Of a stretch of 64,000 nt of DNA, positions 43,385-63,234 are shown piece after piece (the first letter of the stretch is position 1; each line of letters starts with the position of its first letter). The translations under genes were made by a program, and so were the position numbers. Location: positions 12,090,001 through 12,154,000 of the forward strand of contig OZ024743.1 of assembly GCA_964016885.1 (NCBI GenBank). The letters run 5' to 3'. This DNA comes from Eledone cirrhosa (taxonomy: Eukaryota). The notes under the pieces are model-generated. The model worked only from the letters and a program-made list of their open reading frames with translations, searched no databases and was not told where the DNA came from.

Positions 43385-45470
43385 AAATAACAAAGAACGC
43401 CTATAGCATATGCATATCTTTACTTGCTAACATTGTTTCATCCGCACTATAAGTGGGACTCATCAGAGCATAAAGGTTAATTACATACCATACAAGCAAT
43501 AACAAATCCAAGACATTGAAGAATGAAAAATAATAGAAGATAAAGGATATTAAGGAAGTAAAAGTAAAAATAAGAATAAAAATAAAAATAAAAATAAAAA
43601 TAAAAATAAAAATAAAAATAAAATAATAAAATAAACAATGAAAAATAAGGGGTGCTATCAGTCACAGTTGGGCGGGGTGCTGTCAACATATAGTTACATA
43701 CAAGCATACACATGGATAAGAGAACAGACAAGAGTAGATAAGATAGATAGGATTAGGTAAGAGTAGGTAAAAAATAGGTGAAAAACAGACTTATAATATA
43801 TATAAGAAAATATAAAGAAATATATAACAAACTTACATATAAAATATAAAATATACAGATAATAGTGATACAGGGTAAGGAATGAAATAAAATAATATAA
43901 AATTAAAATTAAAATTATATAAAATAGAACATAATATAATATAATCATAAAATAAGATAAAATAAGGTAAACTAAAATAAAATAAAATAGACTAAAGTAA
44001 AATAATATAATATAAGATATAATTAAATGTAATTAAATAAATAAATAAATAAATAAAATTAAATAAATAAATAAAATTAAAATTAAAATTAAATTTAAAT
44101 AAATAAATAAATAAATAAATAAGTAAATAAATAAATAAATAAATAAAATTAAATAAGTAAATAAATAAAATTAGATAAAATGAAATGAGATAGAATAAAA
44201 TGAAATAAAGTAAATTGAGATAAGATATATATTTTTTTAGAATATATCTCTTGAATATATCAGGGGCCCACTAAGGCACTAAGTGTCACAGTTATCTGTA
44301 TCACTTGACCATTTTTTAAAAATATATTTCTTGAAAATATCAGGGGCCCACGAAGGCACTAAGTGTCACAGTCAGCAGTATCACTTGACCATTGCAAGGC
44401 AATGGAGGCGTCCCAGGTTGGGCAGTCTCAAAAGTTCACTCGAAAGTCACGGGTGTGCATTCACACAGTTGAGCGGTGGGGTAATCACAAACCGGTTCAC
44501 ACCCGGGCAGGAGTCCAATGGTCAAACAGAGGTGCATCGAAGGAAGGTAGGAGAATTCACGTGCAGTAGCAAGCGAGGTGCAGGCGGGTTAGCCAAAGCA
44601 AGCAGACACAGTTGGAGCGCATACAAAAGATATATAAAAAGGCAAAAGATATATAAAAAATAGCTTCAAGAGCCATGAAGTCACCGCATTGGGACATCAC
44701 AAGATTGTACACATCAATATGTTCAGCACGTATATGCACATATACACACCACATGCATATGCAGAGACGGTATACATATATATATATATATTTTTTATAT
44801 ACAGACATATACAACCACCTACACCCATACACATATAAATGTATACACAGACACACACGCACACACACACAGCGTAGGACACCCGGGTCAAAGCTGATAT
44901 TAAACACCGAAATACCACATTAGGCAAGACCCACCACCACGGATAATACATTCAAAATAAATACATACGATGAGATGTAGTAAAATAAAGTTGAATTCCT
45001 ACGGAGATAATCATGTCCGCACGTGCCATTGCCCGATTCAAGTGTACACAGACCGTTAGTAACTACGGAGGGCTATCGGGGCCAAAACGTTACTTTCGGG
45101 ATCATAAAAACGACCGTCAATATATGGAAGGCCGATCGTGCTAGAAAGACTACAACCCCGGGCAAGAGCTCCCAGAAGTCAGCCTGTAGATCTTAAACCA
45201 CAGAATATGAGGGCAACACGTACATGCGCCACGTATCTACTGCTTACGGCGGGATGGCACAGGTCCGCCCACAGTTACAGGCTAAATTTCTATTAGTGCA
45301 GCCTATATCACAGTACACGCTCTACATAGATACATTACATCACAACTCATGCGCATACAGAGGTACAGATCCACAAGATATACGTCAGGATAGACCCACC
45401 AATGCACCAATGGTGGGTAGGCGAGCGTGGATGGGTTGCATCCGCTGTGCCAAACAGGGGTGCTTATTAA
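43385..45470 (-). mobile_element. Apparently non-coding HHR-terminated element (family O)
   Basis: Bounded by (TA)n; terminal HHR; (TTTTA)n-like tract 43550-44220; ~80-bp tandem repeat 44240-44393; no RT/EN motif seen. Confidence 0.45.
43425..43470 (-). ncRNA. Type I hammerhead (family O)
   Basis: tgct-CTGATGA-gtcccact-tat-agtgcggat-GAAAC-AAT-GTT-agca. Confidence 0.75.
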
Positions 45471-45471
45471 C

Positions 45472-48074
<2,603 letters not shown>

Positions 48075-48075
<1 letters not shown>

Positions 48076-48351
48076 TTCACCTCAATCGGCCCTGCTCTCT
48101 TCAACATCACACCAGGACACGTCAAAACAGAAACTGACCACACAAAATTCAAGAAGTCTTTGGACAAATTCCTCCAAGTAATCCCGGACAAACCACCCAC
48201 ACCCGGATATGTCTCCACAAACAGTAATTCTCTTCTCGAATGGGCCATGGTGCCCAAATCCTGAATTGAAAGACTTCGCCAGGTGGTGCTATTAAGTTAG
48301 ACATGGCCTGGGCCAATACTGGCCAAAACATTTCAAAGTTATTCAAAGTTA
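48075..48351 (+). mobile_element. 3'-end fragment of CR1 LINE A
   Basis: Near-identical to 54146-54413 ([10 protein letters not shown]...WAMVPKS*); tail ttcaaagtta repeated twice. Confidence 0.9.
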
Positions 48352-48352
48352 C

Positions 48353-48437
<85 letters not shown>

Positions 48438-48541
48438 CATATATATACATATATATATATATACATACATATATATATATACATACATATATATATATAT
48501 ACATATATATATATACATATACATATATATACATATACATA

Positions 48542-48575
<34 letters not shown>

Positions 48576-48576
48576 C

Positions 48577-48777
<201 letters not shown>

Positions 48778-49051
48778 CATATATACATAGGTATGTGTGT
48801 ATACGTACATACATATATGTATACAGACGTACAGTAGCATGCATATATAAATAAGTATATATATATATATATATATATACATACAGGTACACATACATAT
48901 ATGCACGTATCAGTTTAGCGGACGCTTATTATAACGCCGCTTTGTTCGTTTGTAAACAAACTGAACAGCCTGATTTGCATATCGAGTGAGTATAGTCGGT
49001 CAGTCATACCGAAAACGATAAGTTGAAATAAAAATATACATATATATATAC

Positions 49052-49134
<83 letters not shown>

Positions 49135-49305
49135 CATATATACATATACATATATATATATACATATATATATATACATATATACATATATATACATATA
49201 TATATATACATATATATATATATACATATATACATACATATATATATATATATAAATATATACACTTACATATATATACATATACATATATATACATGTA
49301 TATAC

Positions 49306-49396
<91 letters not shown>

Positions 49397-49399
49397 TAC

Positions 49400-49430
<31 letters not shown>

Positions 49431-49934
49431 CATATATACATATATATAGGCTTGGCAACTTGTTGGTATAAGACGTGAATTGTTGTCTCTCCAGATTTGA
49501 AATTTTAATATTTTAAATCGACAGTAATCGGATTTATGTATGGTTTTAATTTTTCAGAGGACAAGGAAAACATACAAAAAGATAAGTTTTTGTGCTTTGA
49601 CGCAATTATTTTCAAGTATATTTTACATATATTACCGTTTTGAACATGTTTATTTTCACAGTGTGATACCTTCATAGGAGACAACAGACACACGTGCTTT
49701 CTATTTTTCTATCTTTATTGACTACCATACAGAGCATACGTAATCTAATTTTAGTTTAACTTAAACAGATCTTGTATTATTTTGATTTTTCTGAGTAACA
49801 TAATTTAATTTAATATAATCTTGTTTAATTTGGTATAATCTTATCTGTATTTGACTCGATTTCGTTGTTTCTTGTTTGATATGCTGATATTACTATAACT
49901 TCGTATATTTGTAAACAAACATTTACATTCAACT

Positions 49935-50406
49935 TATATACAACTTACATCGTGTTTCTATATCTCTATGATTCCGGTTTCTTCAATTCATTAATTTAAT
50001 TTAAAATTTATTTTTATATTTATGAACTGCTATTGCTCACGCTGTCTCTATCTCTCTCCTTCCTTCCTCTCTCTCTCTCCCCCTCTCTCTCTCTCTCTCT
50101 CTCTCTCCTCTCTCTCCCTCTGACCTCCCCCCACCCACTCTTCCCGCTATCTCTCACGCTCCCCTCTTCTGTCTCCCCCTTTTCTTTTCTTTTCTTCTGT
50201 TTCTCTTTCTTTTTCTCGCTGGAGTTATATCTCTATCTCCCTCCCTCCCTCTGTCCCTCTCTAACCTCTACCCTACACTTCCCACTGTCTCTCTTTCTCC
50301 CTCCACAGCGAAATGGACTGCATGCAGGAAAAAGGTGAAATCAGGGGTCAACGAAACTGGTCAAAGATGGAACTAGCGGTTTTGATCAAGGGGTGGACCA
50401 TGGCTG
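49935..50406 (+). mobile_element. 5' UTR and ORF1 start of LINE B family (fragment)
   Basis: Homologous to ~54935-55459 ([29 protein letters not shown]), then broken by (TA)n. Confidence 0.85.
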
Positions 50407-50484
50407 GACCATATGTATATATATATATGTATATATATATATACATATATATATGTATGTATATACATATATTTATATATATAC

Positions 50485-50519
<35 letters not shown>

Positions 50520-50533
50520 TACATATATATATG

Positions 50534-50565
<32 letters not shown>

Positions 50566-50625
50566 CATATATATATGTATATATATACATATATATATGT
50601 ATATATATACATATATATATATATG

Positions 50626-50693
<68 letters not shown>

Positions 50694-51151
50694 AACTCCC
50701 ATTGCTGCCATTGCTATATATATGTATGTATATACATATATATGTATGTATGTATATACATATATATATATGTATATACATGTATATATATATATGTATG
50801 TATATACATGTATATATATATATGTATGTATATATATATATATATATGTATTTACATATATATATATGTATGTATATACATATATATATATGTATGTATA
50901 TACATATATTTATATATATACATATAACGAAGGAAATGTGGTAAGGAACCAGGTGGACCATAACGCACCAAAGTACTCAATACTTGAAGTAGTAGAGTGG
51001 GTAATAGGAACCAGTAAGACCCCGACAGCTGAGCTCAAGCCGTTTCGACGGCTAATTCTGGACTGAATTAGCCGTCGAAACGGCTTGAGCTCAGCTGTCG
51101 GGGTCTTACTGGTTCCTATATATACATATATACATATATTTATATATATAC

Positions 51152-51195
<44 letters not shown>

Positions 51196-51196
51196 G

Positions 51197-51228
<32 letters not shown>

Positions 51229-51273
51229 CATATATATATGTATATATATACATATATATATGTATATATATAC

Positions 51274-51306
<33 letters not shown>

Positions 51307-51319
51307 TGTATATATATAC

Positions 51320-51350
<31 letters not shown>

Positions 51351-54300
51351 AACTCCCATTGCTGCCATTAACAAACAAACAAATTAACAACACACCAAAA
51401 CAATTAAAACCATCCACTCTCGCCTCTACATTTTTGCTTAACGCCCAAGGCATCAGCCCTTCCACCAATACTCAAAAATGGAAGATCAAATTCCTGGAGG
51501 ACTGGATTGATGTCCATCCAAACCACATCCCTTTCTTCGTCCTCACTGAAACCCATCTCAGTAACCTCCACTTGGAAGCCGAGGTGAAAGTGAAAAATTT
51601 CAAAGCCATCCGTGCTGATCGCGCTGGCAGAAGAAAGGGCGGAACTGCCATTTATGTCCATAATTCTTTCTCAACAGAGGCTATGAACATATTCACTAAT
51701 GGATACTGTGAGGCAGTCACTGTATTCAGTCAAACCAACAACCTATTAGTAGTTGGGCTCTATAGGCCACCCCAAACGCCTGTACCATGCTTCAAGGAAT
51801 GCCTCAACAGCATAAAGTGTTTCATCCAAGAGTGTCACCCTGACAACATCTTAATGATGGGGGACTTCAACCTCCCCAGAGTTGACTGGTCCACAAACAG
51901 CCTGCCACCAGGTTCTTCTGCCTCAACCTCTGACAGGGAAGCTGTGGAATCGCTTCTTGACTTCATGGATGATTTCTTCCTATCCCAACTGGTGCTCGAA
52001 CCAACGAGGTGCCACAAAAACGTCCTTGACTTAATTTTCAGCAATCACACTGACAATATCCACAATATTGCAGTGGAGAAAACTCTACTCTCTGATCATG
52101 ACATGGTTCTCTGTGATCTGAGATTCCACCGTCCAATATACAAACCCAATGTCATCTCTCCTGTCCATCCGTTTGACGCTATGGATTTCCACAATGCAAA
52201 CTGGGAAGCGATCAGTCATGATCTTGCACATGTCGACTGGTCCTTCACGCACACTCATACACCCACTAACATCAAAAAGTCCTGGCAGACATTTGTGGAC
52301 ACTGTTACAAACATATGTGCTAAACACACCCCATTAAGAACTATAAACAAATCTAAGAGCAGAATCCCTAGAAATAGAAAAACGCTCATCAGAAAAATTA
52401 AGAGAACGAACAAAAAAATCAACAAGCTGAAATACTGTCAGCAGCAACACATCAACTTGACTGCCATTTCATCACTAGAGATTAAAAAACATAACCTCCA
52501 GAGGCCTGGGCCATTGAGAAGATCAAACTCAATCCCAAAGTGTTCTTTTCATTTGCAAAAAAACACAAAATCACTGGCTCTATTGTTGGCCCTCTAATTG
52601 ATGAAAATGGCACTCTTCAAGACAATGCTAAAACCATGGGTGAGATACTGCAGAAACAATACTGCTCTGTTTTCAGCAATCCTGATATGGCCGATCTGGG
52701 CTGTATCGGCGATGTTACTCCCCATTACACCTTATCGGACATAACGTTTGGCGCCCCTGATGTCTTGGCGGCAATAAAGGAAATCAAGCATAATTCAGCA
52801 GTAGGTCCCGATAGGTTCCCTGCTTGTGTCTTGAAGGCGTGTCAACACCAACTTGCATCTCCTCTTGCCAATCTGTGGCGGAACTCACTGGATGCTGGAT
52901 ATGTGCCAGAAAACCTTCTATCCCAGTCTGTTGTCCCAGTTTTCAAAAAGGGAAACAAATCCCTTGCCGTGAATTACCGTCCAATCTCACTCACCTCTCA
53001 TATCATTAAGGTATTTGAGAGAGTGGTGAGATCGCGAATGACCCACTTCCTTGAGAGTAACAATATGCTGAACTCCAACCAGCATGGATTCCGTAATGGA
53101 AGGGATTGCCTGACGTAGCTACTGCATCACTTTGATGACATTTTGAGAGCCTTGGGAGAGGGTTCCAACACTGATGTTATCTACCTTGATTTCAGCAAGG
53201 CCTTTGACAGGGTTGATCATAACATTCTACTGAGAAAGCTGTCCAATATTGGTGTCACTGGAAAGCTGCTGCAGTGGATCAAGAGCTTCCTGTCAAACAG
53301 AACCCAACATGTTGTAGTTGAGGGAGTCAAATCCAGCCCAGCCAAAGTCAGTAGTGGGGTCCCACAGGGCACTGTGTTGGGCCCACTTCTCTTCATCATC
53401 TATATTAATGACATCACTGACATCATCAAACACAGCAACATTAAAATTTTCGCTGATGATTCCAAGCTCCAAAAGGTCATCAATGGCGTGGATGACCGGA
53501 TAAGCCTTCAGTCAGACCTACTGGCTGTTACCCAATGGGCGGAAAAGAACAACATGTTACTGAACGAAGACAAATTCGAACTGATCCACTTTGGAAAAGA
53601 GGATGCTCTGAAACTCCCGTACTCCCTTCCTTCCGGGGAAACTCTCGTGGCATCTAACAACATCAGAGACTTGGGAGTAACCGTGGACAGCAACATAAGC
53701 TGGACCACGCATATAAGCAGCAAAGTTGACATGGCCCGCAGAATGTGTTCCTGGATCCTCAGAACCTTCCAGTCGAGAGATTCCCGCACCATTATCCTTC
53801 TCTTCTCTACTTTTGCCCGACCACACCTTGAATACTGTTGTCCACTGTGGTCTCCCCACACGAAACAAAGTATCATGAAACTTGAAGCTCCTCAAAGGGC
53901 AATCACGAAAAAGATAGATGGCATGTCAGACCTTGACTACTGGGGTCGATTAGAAAACCTGAAACTTTACTCACTCCAACGTCGCCGTGAGCGTTTTATT
54001 ATCTGCATGATGTGGAAAATGTTCCATCATCACTGCCCAAATGATGTTGGCATCACCTTCAAGATACACCCAAGGCTTGGGCCCCGTGCTATCCGTCCCA
54101 TTCAAAAATCTAAATCGCAACTCATAACAACAATACGGCACAATTATTTCACCTCAATCGGCCCTGCTCTCTTCAACATCACACCAGGACACGTCAAAAC
54201 AGAAACTGACCACACAAAATTCAAGAAGTCTTTGGACAAATTCCTCCAGGTAATCCCGGACAAATCACCCACACCCGGATATGTCTCCGCAAACAGTAAT

Positions 54301-54413
54301 TCTCTTCTCGAATGGGCCATGGTGCCCAAATCCTGAATTGAAAGACTTCGCCAGGTGGTGCTATTAAGTTAGACATGGCCTGGGCCAATACTGGCCAAAA
54401 CATTTCAAAGTTA
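51351..54413 (+). mobile_element. CR1-clade LINE A: ORF2 (APE endonuclease + RT), disrupted
   Basis: LLNAQG, LTETHL, GDFN, LDL, SDH; [62 protein letters not shown]; frameshift ~52500, TAG at 53116. Confidence 0.92.
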
Positions 54414-54666
54414 TACATATATATATATATATACATATATATACATATATATATATATACATATATATATACATACATATATACATACATATATATATAC
54501 ATACATATATACATACATATATATATACATATATATATATATATACATATATGTATATATATACATATATATATACACATATATATATATACATATATAT
54601 ATATACATATATATATATATACATATATATATATACATATATATATATATACATATATATATATAC

Positions 54667-54713
<47 letters not shown>

Positions 54714-54726
54714 CATATATATATAC

Positions 54727-54817
<91 letters not shown>

Positions 54818-55365
54818 TATGAAAAAGGGGACAAGTATCCGGGGTCTAAACCAACTGCTATAAAGGGCGGAGTCCGCCAAATCTATCCTAGACTAGGGAT
54901 CCTAGTCTATATATATACTTACATTCAGCCTATATATACAACTTACATCGTGTTTCTATATCTCTATGTTTCCGGTTTCTTCCATTCATTAATTTAAATT
55001 TAAAAATTTATTTTTATATTTATGAATTGCTGTTGCTCACGCTGTCTCTATCTCTCTCCTTCCTTCCTCTCTCTCTCTCTCTCTCTCTCTCTCGATCAAC
55101 GAGCTCTCTTTCTCCCTCTCTCTAGATCAACGAGCTCTCTCTATCTCTCTCTCTCTCTATCTCCTCTCTCTCCCTCTGACCTTCCCCCCCCCCCACTCTT
55201 CCCGCTATCTCTCTCGCTCCCCTCTTCTGTCTCCCCCTTTTCTTTTCTTTTCTTCTGTTTCTTTTTCTCGCTGGAGTTATATCTCTATCTCCCTCCCTCA
55301 CTCTGTCCCTCTCTAACCTCTACCCTACACTTCCCACTGTCTCTCTTTCTCCCCTCCACAGCGAA

Positions 55366-56307
55366 ATGGACTGCATGCAGGAAAAATGTGAAATCAGGAT
55401 TCAGCGAAACTGGTCAAAGATGGAACTAGCGGTTTTGATCAAGGGGTGGACCATGGCTGATGGGTCTCCACCAAGCAAAAAGATGGCGGAGAACCTGAAG
55501 ACCCATGGGTTTCTGAGGACCCTGGCACAGATAGAGAGAAAGAGAAAAGAAATTGAGAAGGCGTATGTCCTCATAGCGCCTCATATGGCGATGCTAAGCC
55601 GTGTCCTCAGGGAGGAGAAAACCGAAGGGAGGGATGAGGAGAAGGAGAGGGAAGAGGAAAAGGAAAAAGAAAAGGAGGAGAGCACAAGCACGGACCTGAA
55701 AGAAAATGATATACCCTTCGCCACAGGCAGGGAGGGCAGGCCGGGCAACCAACAAGCTAAGGGCAAGGGTGAAAAGCGAAATCACCTTCCGAAGGAGAAC
55801 CAAGCGCAGAGGGACCAGTGGACAACTGTTCAAAGAAAGAACAGAAAGCACCGAGACACTGGGAGCAAAAAACCCCAAGTAATGTGCAAGTTTTTCAAGA
55901 ACGGGACATGCTGGCATGGAGAGACAGGGATGGGATGCAGATTCGCCCACCCTAGGTCTCAAACGAACTATGCCCATCATACTCGCGCAACATGCCCCAG
56001 CCAAAGCCGAAAAAAGCCGCTCCAGAAGTATGCTGATGTCGCGCGTGCTGCACCAACAAGGAGAAGGCACGCACATGCCGACGAGATACAGATGGCAGCA
56101 GCAGATCAGAAACATTTTTTAGTGATGGCAGAGAAGATTGTGGGACAGCTGACCTGGCTGCATCGTCTCCAGAGCCAGGGTCATCCACACCAGCACTCGA
56201 GACCACTGCAGTTAAGGGACCCAGAGTGGCCGCCGCTGACACCAGACCAGGTGTCATACCGACAGCCATTACTGGCACCCCAAAAGTCACACCAGTGCTG
56301 CTGCTGA
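55366..56307 (+). CDS. LINE B ORF1 (Myb/SANT-like N-terminus, acidic tract, CCCH zinc finger)
   Basis: Intact 313-aa ATG-initiated ORF upstream of and overlapping ORF2; CKFFKNGTCWHGETGMGCRFAHP; [14 protein letters not shown]...TLAQIERKRKEI. Confidence 0.75.
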   Translation: MDCMQEKCEIRIQRNWSKMELAVLIKGWTMADGSPPSKKMAENLKTHGFLRTLAQIERKRKEIEKAYVLIAPHMAMLSRVLREEKTEGRDEEKEREEEKEKEKEESTSTDLKENDIPFATGREGRPGNQQAKGKGEKRNHLPKENQAQRDQWTTVQRKNRKHRDTGSKKPQVMCKFFKNGTCWHGETGMGCRFAHPRSQTNYAHHTRATCPSQSRKKPLQKYADVARAAPTRRRHAHADEIQMAAADQKHFLVMAEKIVGQLTWLHRLQSQGHPHQHSRPLQLRDPEWPPLTPDQVSYRQPLLAPQKSHQCCC

Positions 56308-59300
56308 ATGTCAGGGGCCTGGTGAAACTCAGCAACATGAGTAAAATTTCCTACCTGGGAGACTTAGCCATAAGCAATCAAGCACTATGCATGGCACTAA
56401 CCGAAACGCACCTGACAAGCAGTATAGCAGATGCAGAAATACATATACCGAAATATACTGTATTTCGTTCGGACAGGAAGGAGAGAACTCATGGTGGGGT
56501 TGCTCTGTATATCCGTGAAGATGTCACATCAATTGTACTGTTGTCACATTCAAACTCAGCCTGTGACACACTGATAATACATATGAAGCAACTACAGACG
56601 GTAATATGTGTCACATATCGGCCGCCCGATGCCCCCAGTCATGAGGGTAAATTTGAGGATAGCCTAAGTAGGAGAGAAGAGGTCCCTACCCACTCCCCCT
56701 CTCCCCGGTCCCCCTAACATCCTACTGCTGGAGACTTCAACCTACCAAAGGTCAAAAACCCCCCCCCTCCTATACCCACCCATCCTCCCTGGAATGACGT
56801 CAATAGAACAGAACAGACGGAATCCCTGCTGGCCCTCACACACGCTGTTCATGGAGCAAGCAATACACCTCCCCCAACAAGAGGCGAAAATGTCCTGGAC
56901 CTCTGTTTTACAAACAACGAAGTGCTCATCCACAATGTAAGGTGACACCAGCAATTCTCTCGGATCATAACTTAGTAACTAAGTGAGCTAATGTATGTGT
57001 CCAAGAACCAACAGAGACAAACCACTAGAAGCTCCGGGACCCGACCTATCCAACCTTAACTTCTACAAGGCTAACTGGAAAAAGATTAAGAGTGAAATCC
57101 GGAAGCAAACATGGAGTGAGAAAACATCGCCACACAAGACACTAACACACAATTTCAACACTTCATGACAACGATACACACCATATGCAAAAAGTGTGTC
57201 CCCCCAAACCGGAAGAGACTAGAACAAAACTTCGACAAACCAATCTTGAATAACTCACAAACCAGTTGAATAACAAACCAAACAAGAAGGAATCCTATTT
57301 GAAACGTGCACTACTTGACACCGAGATTGCACTCAAACTTTCACATGAGAATGAGAGGGCAAAGAAAGAGAACATGGCCATAGAAAACATTAAAACAAAC
57401 CCTAAGGCCTTCTTTAAATTTGCAAAAGAAACTGCCTCAGTACACTGCAAGATTGGACCACTCTTCCACACGGACGGTTCATTAACCGAAAATCCCCAAG
57501 AGATATGTGAAATACTGGACGAACAGTACAAAAAGTGTCTTCACATGTCCACTGAGGCACATGCAAATAACGAAGCCAGAGGAGTTCTTTGATGCCACAA
57601 CACTACATCAAGAAATGGCAACCATCAACCACATAGACATAACGGAGGAGGATGTGGTGTACGCCATTGATGAAATTAGAACAGACTCGGCTGCTGGACC
57701 TGATGGATTCCAGCAGTTCTCCTAAAAATATGTAAGCGGGCCTTAGCAACTCCACTGAAGATGCTCTTCAGAAGCTCCTTGGCTAGCGGTATACTACCCA
57801 GGAGCTGAAAGAAGGCACAATATGCCCTATCCATAAAGGAGGTAGTAGAGCGGAGGCCAAGAACTATAGGCCAGTCTCCCTGACGTCGCATATCAGTAAG
57901 GTCATGGAGCGAGTCGTCAGAAAGAAACTAATCACTTTCCTCGAAGAAAATGACCGCCTGACTAGCACGCAACATGGCTTCCGCCCAGGAAGAAGCTGCC
58001 TTACACCAGCTGCTACATCACTACGACTGGGTACTGAGACAACTATTAGACAGCTCACATGTAGACGTGATATATCTTGACTTTGCGAAGGCCTTTGACA
58101 AGGTCGACCACGGAATGATATGTCACAAACTACACGGACTCGGCATAACTGGAAAAGTAGGTGAGTGGCTGCATGGCTTCCTAAGGGACAGAAGCCAGGC
58201 AGTCGCAGCAAATGGGGCCCTCTCGAGGGAAACACCGATAACAAGTGGGGTGCCCCAGGGGACAGTCCTGGGACCACTACTGTTTTTGGTGGCTCTCTCG
58301 GACATGCCCTCTGTGGTGCATGCAACAACATCCCTCACTAGCTATGCTGATGACACTAAGGTAGCACAGGCAATCAAAAACCCGGCTGACGCTGCCCTCT
58401 TACAGCAGGATCTGGATGCCATATACAGATGGGCGGAAGAAAACATCATGCAGTTTAATGCTGGCAAATTCCAAGCCCTACAATACAAACCTGCAAACAC
58501 AAACACAAATATAGCGGAACACAGCTACACAGGACCAGGAGGGACCGATATCCCCGTGTCAAAATCGATACGAGACCTGGGCATAGACATGAGCGATGAT
58601 GCATCTTTTTCTTCACACATGATGAAGGTGGCGAGAACATGTAGACGATTCGCTGGCTGGATCTTGAGGACTTTCCTTACAAGAGATCGAGACACCATGT
58701 TGACACTGTGGAGGACTTTTGTCCTAAGCCGCCTGGACTACTGCTCCCAGCTGTGGTCACCCCATAGTGTCAAACTAACCACGGAGCTTGAGGCAATCCA
58801 GCGAAGCTACACCAAGAGGATTGCCAAGATGAGGGAGACAAGCTACTGGGAGAGGCTAAAGGAACTGAACCTCTACTCCTTGGAGCGAAGACGGGAGAGA
58901 TACGCAGTGATCTACATGTGGAAAATCCTGGAGGGACTAGCACCAAACTTTGGCATTGCGAGCTGGACCAACCGTCGAACAGGACGTCACTGTGTGGTGC
59001 CAAAGGTCCCATCTTCCACATCTAGAATAAGGAGCAGGTATTGCAATAGCCTGGGATTCAAGGGCCCTCAACTCTTCAACAGGCTGCCGAGGCATCTGCG
59101 AGACTTGCATAACGTGGAGGTGGATGTCTTTAAGAAACATCTCGACACCTTGTTATCCAGGATCCCGGATGAGCCCACAGCAAGACACGAGGGAAACCTA
59201 AGGGCAGCAGCAACAAACTCCCTCCTACACCCAGTGGCCAACCTATACAGGCTGGAGATAAAATGTGTAGCAACAAGGGCGGTGCCCCAGCATGGCCTCA

Positions 59301-59337
59301 GCCGGATGGCTGAAACGGGTAAAAGAGTAAAAGAGAT
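56226..59337 (+). mobile_element. CR1-clade LINE B ORF2 (APE + RT) and 3' UTR, multiply frameshifted; element near full length from ~54900
   Basis: [79 protein letters not shown]; tail gtaaaagagtaaaaga. Confidence 0.92.
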
Positions 59338-62943
<3,606 letters not shown>

Positions 62944-63213
62944 TGTTGTATTCCTCTCGGTACTCGCAGAGAAAACAACGAGTTATATCAAATAATTTGT
63001 GTAATTTGCGAAACAACCAAAACGACCCTCTTCGCAGTAGCAGAATAACAAAGTAAATCTCATGGCATTCTGTGACCGAGTATTTAACACCAACGCTGAC
63101 CGACTGCCCAGGTCACGTGATTCATATGCAAATGTGTGAGCACGTGTAAATTGAATAGAAATTTAACAGTCCATACAACAATGAGGTTGTGAGCTCTATT
63201 CCCAGTACATACA
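62944..63213 (-). mobile_element. Gypsy 3' LTR (~270 bp)
   Basis: Minus strand begins TGTATG just after a poly-G PPT (63215-63232) and ends TACAACA against the (TA)n array. Confidence 0.7.
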
Positions 63214-63234
63214 ACCCCCCCCCCCCCCACCGAA

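Noticed and set aside
56274-56290. CCCAAAA slippery heptamer in the ORF1/ORF2 overlap
   Set aside because: Not in the X XXY YYZ phase relative to ORF1.
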